Source of the DNA: Antedon mediterranea
Lineage: Eukaryota > Animalia > Echinodermata
Direction of reading: 5' to 3'
DNA length: 64,000 bases
Assembly (NCBI RefSeq): GCF_964355755.1
Contig: NC_092676.1
Location: forward strand, 6,177,888 to 6,241,887
The position numbers were made by a program, and so were the translations under genes. Each line of letters starts with the position of its first letter. Position 1 is the stretch's first letter. The notes below the pieces were generated by a model. It did no database searches, was not told the DNA's origin, and was given only the letters and a program-made list of their open reading frames with translations. Of this stretch, positions 39,401 through 48,196 are shown one piece after another.

Positions 39401-42400
39401 GAGTTAAGGACACTGGACGATAGCTTTTCATTTCGTCTTTGGGTTTTCCATTTATTTTGAAAATAGGTACAACATTTGCATCCTTCCATTGTTTTGGTAA
39501 AATACCTTTTTGTACAGTTAAATTAAAGAATGTACATAAAACATTAGCCAATTGTGCCTTACATTGTGACTTTAAGAATATTGGAAGCAAACAATCAGGT
39601 CCTGGTGATTTGGATACATTTAACTGTGAGAGGGCATAAAGTACCTCAGGCATCACAAAGGGTTCACATTCAAAGTTGGTAAGACAATCTATTGTATCCA
39701 AATCACAATGCTGATCATTATCTATGCAAAAGTTGTTTACAAATTGTGTATTGAAAAGATTAGCCAACACCTTAGCATCAGATACCATTGTGTTATTTAT
39801 CTTAAAGCTAATAACATCTGAGTCATTTTTTATAGACCTTATATACGCCCAGAATTGTTTTATATCAGTTGTAGCTTTGTTTGAAATATTTACAACATAA
39901 TCCCGATGGCTACAATATATTGACTTTTTTAATTCCCTGCTACAAGATTTGAATTTATTTATGCTTTCTTCAGTTCCTACTTGTTTAGCAATTTTGTACA
40001 ACTTTCTTTTCTTTGTGCAAAGCTTTTTGATTTCTGGAGTTATCCAGGGAAAAGATTTTGATTTTTTACATTTCCTAGTTGGTACAGATTTTGAAATTGC
40101 AAAATTGATATTACTAGAAATAGTTTCCCATATATCACTAATATTATTATATTGAAAACAATTCTCCCAATTAAAATTATCTAATATAGTCTGCATTTTT
40201 GAAAAATCAGCCTTTTTAAGAGCATACAATTTTAGTTATGTCCTTAGCACGTTTATATGACACTTTAACAGAGATCTCAACTGCTTCATGATCATATGAT
40301 TCAAAATTATAAATTGTACGACATTTTTCAATCAGTAGTGGATTAGAAACAAATACTAAATCTAAGAAATGTCCTTTACTATCACGTGTAATATACGATG
40401 GTTGTTTTAAGACTTGAACTAACCCAGTAGAGTTTGTTGCATCTAATAGACCATTCGCTATAGCTAGTTAAACCACTACTTTTATCTACCTGTATATCAT
40501 TCCATTCAATATGTATGTTAAAACATTGAACATATCACTACCATATTACTACCATATTTCGGCACATCTCAACTTTTTTTAAACTAGTTTAATAGTGTAG
40601 ACAGAGTTTAAGGCGTTTCTCTTTTTTCAGGATAATCGTTCAGTTGAGCCTCTTACGTTAGGCTGTATTGCCTCCTTCTACTACCTGAACCACAAGACAT
40701 TACGTATGTTCCACACCAGTATCAAGTCTGAGTGTACCGTACCAGATCTTATCAACATCTTAGCTGTAAGTCAATAGTTTATTGTGTAAACAATAATAAT
40801 TTAATCGCTTGTCCTGTTGCTTGATCATTATCATGCAAATAAAATAAATTGGCAACATTCAAGAAAAGTACAGTAGGCCATATAAAAATAGAATGTAATG
40901 ATATGTAACGTGTCAAGATAGATTTATTTACTATTTAAATCAAGCCTGTTATGTGGGTGTCAATTATTAAAAGAAAGAGGCCATTTTGTATCATCGTAAA
41001 CAAATGTTTTTGGTTTTTTTTTAGAATGCTCATGAATTTAATGAACTTCCAGTAAGGCACAATGAAGATGGTATTAACAGGTTAGTGCAAATATCAAATG
41101 ATAGTTTACACATTGCTTATTTACATATATTGGTTGTCTTGTAATTTTTTCTCATTTATTAAATATGCTTTAATCATATCATTACCTTGGCGCATATACC
41201 CATGTGGTCATTCGTCAGTATTCATCCAGATCCAGATCCAGATCATAAGACAGGTTGAGAACAAAAGTTTACTGATGAACTGATTCACTACTTGTCTTAG
41301 TTTTAATAAATGATTTTTTTTGTCAACAGTGAACTTGCCAAGAAACTGCCTCTAGAGGTCAACCAGCATTCATTTGATGACCCTCACACAAAAGCTCATC
41401 TACTATTCCAGGCCCATTTCTGCAGGCTACAGCTACCTAGCAGTGACTATAACACAGACACTAAGTCGGTCTTGGATCAGGCTATTAGAGTTTTACAGGT
41501 AAGAAATATATATACAGTATAGGCCTAGAATTGTTTTGACCTACAGTACTACACAATGTCTCTACCATTGCATGTCCACTTCTACAAGTTATGGCTACTG
41601 TACCTAGCTGTTAAAGTTAGAGTTATAGATTAGGCCCAGGAATCATTAATTTCCTATTCTGACAAGTGATATACTGCTGCCAAGTGAATGCATCACAAAT
41701 TATTTTGATAATCTATATATCACATGTCAAAAGTGTAATATACTTTTCCTAATTACTGCATTTTCATTCCAGGCTATGTTAGATGTAACAGCTGACAACG
41801 GTTACCTAGTAACAGCATTATCTATTATCAACATAATCCAGATGGTGTTACAGGGTCGCTGGATCAATGAGTCTAGTCTTCTTACAATTCCTCACATAGA
41901 TTCATCGATGCTAAGTTTGTTTAAGTAAGTTTGACTAAGTTTTTGCCTGCCAGCCAACGGCACACTTTCATTTGCTAACAATGTTAGCTAAACAACTTAA
42001 GCTCTATCCACACTATCAAAATTTATTTGACAAAAAAAATGTGATGTGCCCATATATGGACATGATGATGTCATAATGTCCAGTCATATCACTACCATTT
42101 GGGCACATTGGTTTTTTTGTCAAACTAGTTTGATAATGTAGACAAAGCTTTAAGCCTTGTCTACACTATCAAACTTTATGTGTCAAAAAAGTTTGATGTG
42201 CCTATATATGGTAGTGCTATGCTTAAATATGGTAGTGATATGACATCATCATGTCCATATATGGGCACATCACATTTTTTTGACACATAAAGTTTGATAG
42301 TGTAGACAAAGCTTTATACTGCAAACTTGTTCCCATATGTGATATAGAAAATAATTTTTTTCTTTTTTTTTAGATCTCATTCAGGTTTGATTGAAACTTT

Positions 42401-45400
42401 GCCAGAGTTAGTGCATCATTGTCGTGGTAACAAAGTCACACTCCATAAACTACTTTCAGAAAAATTAAGTGACAGGCATATAAATGAGGTATGTTTTTAT
42501 TTCTTGTGTTTGTTGTATTCATTTGAATGGACATTTGAGTCCCCTTCACTAAATGTCATATTGATCATATGTCTCCCTACTAAATCAGAGTTTGAATAAA
42601 TGCACAATGCAATGCCAAGAACAGAGGAGATATAGCATAGCAAGTACAATGCTATATTAAAAGGCTTCCTACTCTAATTTAGAGCCTGAAGAATTAATGA
42701 ATGAAATAAATAATAGCAAACATATTACAGTAAGTGAATTCTTACAAATCTTTGTAAATAGTTTTTTTAACTACAGCAAATATAAAAATTGAGTGTGTAC
42801 AGTCACCAATTCAATTAGTAATTGTTATTATTAGTATTGTGGTAAACTATGTCAATTTGTTTTGTTTTTTAGGCTTGGGATATGCTGCATAAACTGCCTA
42901 TGATACAGATGGAGACGAACATGCAAGGACTCTGGATTAACAGTACAGAAAATGAACAGAGATCTGTTCCTACAACATTTATCCGTAAGTATTTCAACAA
43001 CAATCTAACAATTTGTATTAGCAACAGGATTTTTATTCTAATATTTTCTGTGGAAGTGGAACATATTTTGCAGATTATCAATATAAATCCAAAGGCAAGT
43101 TACTGAAAAATGACGAATCAGTGGCTAGATCTCAATGGAGATACAAAAAAAAAAAGCAATGAAAAAAGGCAATGCTGTGGGTATCAGTGGCTGGATCTCA
43201 ATGGAGATACAAAAAAAATAAGCAAAAAGTAAAATCAAAATGGTAAAGTAAAACAGCCAGAAAAATAAGCAGAGCTTCATTTCTGGCAATACTTGATTTT
43301 CATCAGTGCAAGTGAGAGTACTTCGACAAGATTGATTGACATTAGGGAGGTTTCGCAACCTTACGAATACGATAACGAAACGGATACGTCATGCATTTGT
43401 GAAACTTTTGAGCTGATCCCCATTTCATATTCGTAAAGCGTATTCGTGTTGACGAATATCACCAGTCATATTCGTAACTACAAAACGAGTATAGTTTTTG
43501 ATCTATTTTGCACATTTTGCATTTGAATCAGGAATGATTCATGATTATAATATAATTATAGATTTATTGAAAGTAATTTACTAAAGTAATTTACTAAAAT
43601 GCCAAGTCAATTTTGATAAATAGCAGTTTTTAAAGTCCTCACTCGCTTTGATGTTAAGCTAGGCCTAGGCAGCCAAGCACCACGCTTCGCTCAAATTTAC
43701 CACAGTCATATTTTGGACGCGCCTCAATATTTCGTTGCCATGCGAAACAGATTTTTTTATGGCTTTCGAAAACGAATACGTGTGCGTGACGTATCCGTTT
43801 TCGTTATCGTATTTGTAAGATTGCGAAACCTCTCTAATATATCTATATATTTGTTTATACTTGTTAGGAGGAATACCAAAAGATAAAGATTACATTAAAG
43901 TTCATGCAGATCAGGAGTATGTGCTAAGTATTAATCTCAGAAGACTCAAAGGAGGAACTAATGTAAGTTGTAACACTCTTTAAAGCGTGGTTCCCACTAG
44001 CAACGCAACGCAAGGACGTAACGCAACGCAAGTGAATTGACCAATCACAAGCGATGGCTTATTCGTTTGTGATTGCTAACTGTCTATAACTTCGCTTGTC
44101 ATTGGTTAAAACGTTTACGTCCTTGCGTTACGTTCTAGTGGGAACCAAGCTTAAGTAGAGAAAGTTGGGTCAATGTAGCAAAAAAAAATAATGAGTACAC
44201 CTAGACAATATTAAAACAGAATTTATTTTTGTGGTAAATATCTCTTAAAGACCTATCAGAACAACATATCAAATATGGAGAAAAAATGTAGTTGAAGAAA
44301 TTAGACTAATGTTCCTAAAACCAAATTGGCTGCTATCTACAGTATTGGTCTATATATCAGGTATAGTCTAGAATTTAAAGTCAAACACATTTCAAAGAAA
44401 GTTTTTTTTTTTAAGAAGAGTACTAAAAAGTGGAGCTGGAGTGACTAACATGCTTATATTATTATTACTATAAACTAGTTTATCCATTCTGTAATTAGCG
44501 AGTTATTTGCATGTTTAAAATGTATTAAATTAAAAACAAAATATCCATAGGATTTCCAATTGAATAACTGAATAATGGCAATTAATCTATGTCTTTTTTT
44601 TTTCTCTTTCGTGGGGGTCACCCACATTTATTCATTCCTTTTACAAATATATATTATATAACATACATACATTTTTGTAAAAATATAAAACAATAAAATT
44701 CAATATAGTAGTTAAAAAGGCACTATATCTATACATGTACATAAAATTGATGGAGTAAAAGTATGCTTTAAAAACGTACATTTTATGTTTATTGCAAGTT
44801 ATGTCTATAATATTTTTTCTCTGATTTTTAAGGATTTAAATTTAAAACTTGCCCATAATAAACCCATGATTAAACCCCTCTTTTTCTAGAATGATAAGAA
44901 AGCTGTAGCGCCTAGATTTCCAAAACCAAAGAGTGAAGGATGGTTCATGATATTAGGAGATATCGAAAACAAGGAATTGCTAGCGTTGAAACGAGTTGGA
45001 TTTGTTGGCCGTTCTTCAACAATACAACTCTCTTTTTTCACCCCAGAAAATTCTGGTATGTATTATTAATTTGCCACCAGGGAAATACTTTTCTTGTTTA
45101 ATGTTTGTTAATTAGCTATATAATTTTTAAATCTAGAAATAGGGTTTTCCCAGAATAAGGATTTCCAAAAAAAAAACTATTTCCTTTAAATCATTCCTTT
45201 TTACAAGAAAGTTTCACCTAGAAGTGTCCACTGAATAGGAGTTACCTGTAGTGTTAAAACATATATTGCCTTTTACGTTTCACAGGAAAGTGTCATCTTA
45301 ATAGTGGGTGTCTCCTGAATAGAGTCTTTATATAATATGTAATACTGTATAAAAAATGCAGATTCTCTTTATTTAAATATCTTTGCGATGTTTTTCAGGT

Positions 45401-45532
45401 CATGTGATATACACAATATATTTGATGAGTGATAGCTACCTAGGTCTTGATCAGCAATACAATATATGTCTAGATGTAGTATCAGCGGATAAAGGACTGG
45501 AAGATGCAGTTTACATGTCTGACGATGATTGA
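12421..45532 (+). CDS. ASCC3: activating signal cointegrator 1 complex subunit 3 (tandem-cassette Ski2-like DExH helicase, Brr2/Slh1 family), ~2161 aa, 41 coding exons
   Basis: Exons traced with GT-AG junctions and consistent phases (total 6486 nt): 12421-12652, 13202-13737, 14437-14539, 14631-14686, 20165-20301, 20788-20929, 21072-21197, 21574-21774, 22031-22171, 22948-23112, 24870-25118, 25563-25697, 25878-26069, 26487-26711, 27107-27226, 27561-27812, 28313-28489, 28768-28993, 29535-29788, 30548-30716, 31164-31255, 31396-31524, 31666-31751, 32510-32676, 33238-33383, 33589-33709, 33849-33991, 34222-34359, 34965-35085, 35424-35556, 36655-36780, 37562-37673, 40631-40765, 41025-41080, 41330-41498, 41773-41924, 42374-42488, 42873-42984, 43868-43962, 44890-45055, 45399-45532. 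ASCC3-type N-terminus [14 protein letters not shown] and [11 protein letters not shown]. Cassette 1: [45 protein letters not shown]. Cassette 2: [30 protein letters not shown]. Two Sec63-like regions; C-terminal [12 protein letters not shown]. Confidence 0.97.
12694..13020 (-). mobile_element. 5'-truncated LINE 3' end (RT C-terminus, 3' UTR and tail) in ASCC3 intron 1
   Basis: The minus strand encodes [40 protein letters not shown], matching the typical LINE ORF2 C-terminal motif SF..A...xNxLP..IR.....FK..LK. It is followed by a 3' UTR gagggtccctaatgatcagctggatggatcaccctcattaaat and an (AAAT)n-like tail. Confidence 0.7.
13969..14123. mobile_element. PIF/Harbinger-type MITE, family A
   Basis: TIR (A)GCTCTGTCTACAC...GTGTAGACAGAGCT with an internal 21-bp catatcactaccatattt unit. 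Confidence 0.8.
14741..14902. mobile_element. PIF/Harbinger-type MITE, family A (reference copy)
   Basis: taa|agctctgtctacactatcaaa ... tttgatgtgtagacagagct|taa, with a 3-bp TAA TSD. Other copies at ~13969, 17890, 20967 (partial), 22291, 24687, 26958, 28549, 29812, 35268, 37360, 37900/40608 (split by a LINE), 42000, 42153 and 55605. Confidence 0.85.
15697..15908. repeat. 17-bp minisatellite (ccagtataagcccacct)n, ~12 copies
   Basis: Direct inspection. The repetitive ORFs at 15661-15927 derive from it. Confidence 0.9.
15935..16245. mobile_element. Kolobok-type MITE, family B (degenerate copy)
   Basis: tgtattgtcccc ... ggggacaatacat ends; body homologous to 27925-28210 and, inverted, to 32759-33030. 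Confidence 0.7.
16821..17331. repeat. 80-bp tandem repeat, ~6.4 near-identical copies
   Basis: Unit aggggacatgagtaccagtacactagggtaagcctttcctatggtctatgtagctactttgggtacgtctcttcaatcac at 16821, 16901, 16981, 17061, 17141, 17221 and 17301 (partial). Confidence 0.97.
17890..18058. mobile_element. Harbinger-type MITE, family A
   Basis: agctctgtctacactatcaaac ... aactttgatagtgtggaca. Confidence 0.8.
20462..20700 (+). mobile_element. tRNA-derived SINE with LINE-derived 3' tail
   Basis: A box TGGCTTGGTGG, B box GGTTCAAGTCC. The 3' part gagggtctctaatgatc...gctggatggatcaccctcattaaatat matches the LINE tail at 12695-12770. A related head lies at ~30763-30960. Confidence 0.7.
22492..22744. repeat. 37-bp tandem repeat, ~6.8 copies
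   Basis: Unit gcttttggcgtaccgtacattgaaaaatagaaaaata at 22492, 22529, 22566, 22603, 22640, 22677 and 22714. Confidence 0.97.
23074..23860 (+). repeat. 60-bp tandem repeat x 13 spanning the ASCC3 exon 10/intron 10 junction
   Basis: Unit = 39 exonic nt (GCAGTCATTGAAAGTCTTGTGGCTAGAACACTAAGACAG) + 21 intronic nt (gtaaattagtatacagttact). Confidence 0.97.
23958..24336. repeat. ~380-bp interspersed repeat, copy 1
   Basis: Near-identical, same-orientation copy at ~56408-56786; both end at ...gggaaaccacctcacga. Confidence 0.9.
24687..24843. mobile_element. Harbinger-type MITE, family A
   Basis: agctttgtctacactatgaaac ... gtttgatagtgagacagagct, 26 bp upstream of the exon 11 start. Confidence 0.85.
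27925..28212. mobile_element. Kolobok-type MITE, family B (one end lost)
   Basis: ttaa|agatgtattgtacccc...; body homologous to 32759-33030 (inverted) and 15935-16245. Confidence 0.7.
29812..30212. mobile_element. Harbinger-type MITE, family A, with its internal 21-bp unit expanded ~14-fold
   Basis: Family A ends flank (atatgcttaaatatggtagtg)n from ~29865 to 30169. Confidence 0.9.
31835..32347. mobile_element. TWA-flanked MITE interrupted by a SINE
   Basis: taa|aggccaatttatacagatga ... tcgtctgtgtaaatcggcct|tta; the SINE at 31897-32220 lies inside. Confidence 0.65.
31897..32220 (+). mobile_element. full-length tRNA-derived SINE
   Basis: A box TGGCGCAGTGTG, B box GGTTCGAATCC, a conserved-type core ctctctccacccaggtgtataaatgggtacc, and an L2-like tail tgtaaagcgcctttgag...gcgctatataaatg followed by (TTA)n. 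Confidence 0.85.
32759..33030. mobile_element. Kolobok-type MITE, family B
   Basis: TTAA|AGATGTATTGTTCCCC ... GGTGGACAATACATCT|TTAA. Confidence 0.8.
34390..34910. repeat. degenerate ~140-150-bp tandem repeat rich in ATTG/GAT
   Basis: Recurring blocks ggattaatattgatatt...attgattgatattgatactt...accaataatgtttgaacttgtc. Confidence 0.7.
35988..36613 (-). mobile_element. non-autonomous Helentron/DINE-1-like element
   Basis: On the minus strand: a 5' palindromic subTIR ttacctccgccaaggaggta, a (TTTG)n microsatellite, a 3' subTIR ggcggaggtatg, a short hairpin, and a ...ttctagtt end in T-rich flanks. Confidence 0.7.
36837..37356. mobile_element. Kolobok-type MITE (family B termini, different body)
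   Basis: TTAA|AGATGTATT...TGTCCCTT ... AAGGGACAATACATCT|TTAA. A family A MITE starts within the right TTAA (37360). Confidence 0.75.
37988..40520 (-). mobile_element. decayed, 5'-truncated LINE (APE endonuclease C-terminus + reverse transcriptase; CR1/L2/Jockey-type) in ASCC3 intron 32
   Basis: Frameshifted ORFs 39171-40229, 38611-39258 and 38141-38680 contain [57 protein letters not shown] and FADD. An endonuclease remnant LDLVFVSN...YDH lies at ~40290-40375. (TTA)n tail at 37988-38011. Confidence 0.92.
42000..42313. mobile_element. two adjacent family A MITEs sharing one TTA
   Basis: tta|agctctatccacac...gtagacaaagct|tta|agccttgtctacac...gtagacaaagct|tta; the two bodies are in opposite orientations. 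Confidence 0.85.
43343..43836. mobile_element. MITE with ~55-bp TIRs
   Basis: tagggaggtttcgcaaccttacgaatacgataacgaaacggatacgtca ... tgacgtatccgttttcgttatcgtatttgtaagattgcgaaacctctcta. TSD ambiguous (AT or TWA). Confidence 0.85.
43984..44151. mobile_element. Harbinger-type MITE, family C
   Basis: taa|agcgtggttcccactag ... ctagtgggaaccaagct|taa. A relative at 51032-52234 is split by another element; a further degenerate relative lies near 55270-55405. Confidence 0.85.
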
Positions 45533-45539
45533 GGAAGGT

Positions 45540-47240
45540 AATTGATTTGATAAAAGAAGGTTGGCATGGAATATATTTCAGGCAAAGACGGTAAAAATGA
45601 TTTTTTTTTACATCAGAAGTTGGAAATGTTTACATCATCAGAATTTGTTGAGGTGGAAAACAGCAGTAGTATTGGAAAATTCTATTATAAAAATGTCAGT
45701 AATTGGGAATATTAGATGACATAAAAAATCTGTCAAAAAAATATCATGGAATAAACAGTATTGATGATTGCAGGAATAAAGGAAAGTTTTACTATATATC
45801 AAAAGACAACATGGTGTTATGGGGGAAAATAGCATGGAATACATTTTACACTACTTTGTTGCAATAATAGAAAAGATGACATCATCAAAAATTATTAATG
45901 CAGGAAACAGCATGGACTGGAGTTTCATTTATTGGAGGATTTCAGAAATAAAAATCAACATTTATTTCATCAAGGAAATAACATGAAATATCTACAGTAA
46001 TTGGAAGATGGAAGATATACAATTATATTGACTGGGATGAAGGGCACAGTTCAAAATATGGCCCAAACCAAGATGATCTGGAGACTTTACTATAGGATGA
46101 GGTGATATAGTCAAATCATCAGACCACTAAAGGCTACATTTTGAACTGTATCTTAGGCAATTTTGTAAGCTGAAGCGAATGCATAAGATAGACTTAAAAG
46201 AGATTTCGGGAGGATTGGAGAAATAAAGGAAAATACTATGGTATCTAACTTCATTTTAGGAAATATGGAATACATTTAAGTTATTGGGAGAGATTACATG
46301 TTCAAAATTGAAGAAGAATTGCAGAAATAAATGGAAGGGTTACAAGAGAGACATGGAGCATTGATTATGAAGATTATTAAAGAAACATGTTGGGAAATAT
46401 TATGGATTGCATTCTACTTGGATAATAAAACGGATTAAGGAAAGGGTTAGAATTTAGGATGAAAGTTAATTCTGATGCGGAAGATATAGTCAAGAAAGAA
46501 GATTACGTGGAATACATTCCAAATATCAGAGACTTTTGAGGAAAAGAAAGCTATTACATAGATCATGATTCAGAGCACATTAATAAAACAATAAAGGAAA
46601 GGGTTGCATAAGCGGAAGATTTTAGGACGAAACTTAATACTGATGATGGAAGAAGATAAGATAAATAGTCAAGAGGAAAGATTACATGGAATACATTCCA
46701 AATATCGGAGGATTTTGAGGAAAAGAAAACTATTACATAGATCATGATCCAGAACAAATGATAAAAAAGATCAAGTATGAATAATTGGGGAATTGGTGGG
46801 GTATGGGGGTTGTCTTTTGGTTGTTGTGTATCATAATACTAATGATTAAGAAGATAGGGATAATAAAGAGGAAAATAGCATGGAATACATTTCAAATATT
46901 AAAGGATTAAGCAAGAAAAGGAGAAGATTGACATTGAATGTATTACTGATGCTAAAAAAAGATATATAAATTATTATGAGGGAAGGATGGGTGGGTAAGA
47001 AAAATGATTACATTATGAAACATTATTTATAGAGGAAAATAGCATGGAAAACATTTCAAATATTAAAGGATTAAGCAAGAAAAGGAGAAGATTGACATTG
47101 AGTGTATTACTGATGCTAAAAAAAGATTAAAAAAAGATATATAAATTATTATGAGGGAAGATTGGGTGGGTAAGAAAAATGATTACATTATGAAACATTA
47201 TTTATAGAGGAAAATAGCATGGAAAACATTCCAGATATTG
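45540..47240. repeat. purine-skewed degenerate repeat region downstream of the ASCC3 stop
   Basis: The motif (g)catggaatacatt recurs about ten times. Recent tandem duplications at ~46440-46575/46598-46755 and ~46866-47030/47031-47230. Confidence 0.7.
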
Positions 47241-48196
47241 GAGAATTAGAGAGTGATAACAGATACTACCATTTAATAGACAAAGTGTTTAACAGCGAGA
47301 GAGAGCACCAGTCGTTTACTGATAAGAAAAGAAGAAATCTATCGTTTTATCGTTGTTTTATTCTGAAGTTTATTTGAATTAGGTTTTATGCAGCTTACTA
47401 ATAATGATTTAAATGTAAAATTTGCATCGATGGTGATGAATATGATAATGCTTATGATTCATATAATTATACTGTAAAAAATAGTATTTTATTTTAGTTT
47501 TTAAAAATCAGCGAATTTCAATTATATGAATATTGTACTTCACTGTATATTGAACAAAATGTTTGTTTTACTTTATGTTTTGGCGGCGGTTGCTTACCAT
47601 ACGCTTTATCGTTAATAGTGTATGTCAGTGTTTTGCCTCAATGGCAGCCCATAGAAACAATCCTTTTCATTGAACTCTTTGTTATGCTATGTTCAAACTG
47701 ATTGGTCCAAAGGCCAATTCACATTTCCTGGTTCATAGGTCTGTTAGTTTTAGCATTTTATCTGCAAACTCTTTAAAAAATAACAATGATTGTTTCCCTT
47801 CTTATTTCTTTGATGATTTTGTCAGAAACTAAGCACAAGTACTTTAACCTTATAAATCTCAGTTTAAGTTAAACCTGCTTTTGCACGTTATATTAGTAAC
47901 GCGATTTTGTTTGCAAAGGGTATTAAATAAACGTACTTTTTGGTTCGTGTGGACAGGTAGAAGCACTCAGGGTCGTCAAGAGGTCAAGTTGGGAAATATA
48001 AGGTCAACTTATTTGACCTATACGTCCAGTAGGGGTTCGACTCGACTTTCGTAATCGACTCTATTTGAGTGTTTACCTGTAAACCTCTCTGTGTGTAGTG
48101 TACATACAGTAGTATAACGTATATTGTGTAGAGAACGTCATCGGCGTTGTATTACGAGTATTATAATATTTTAAGTGGCGATTCAACATTTTTGTG

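Noticed and set aside
38141-40229. Active or domesticated reverse transcriptase gene
   Set aside because: It is frameshifted, 5'-truncated and retains a LINE tail: an ordinary dead copy.
12421-45532. SNRNP200/Brr2 as the gene identity
   Set aside because: The N-terminus ([19 protein letters not shown]) and the second cassette ([19 protein letters not shown]) are ASCC3-type rather than Brr2-type.
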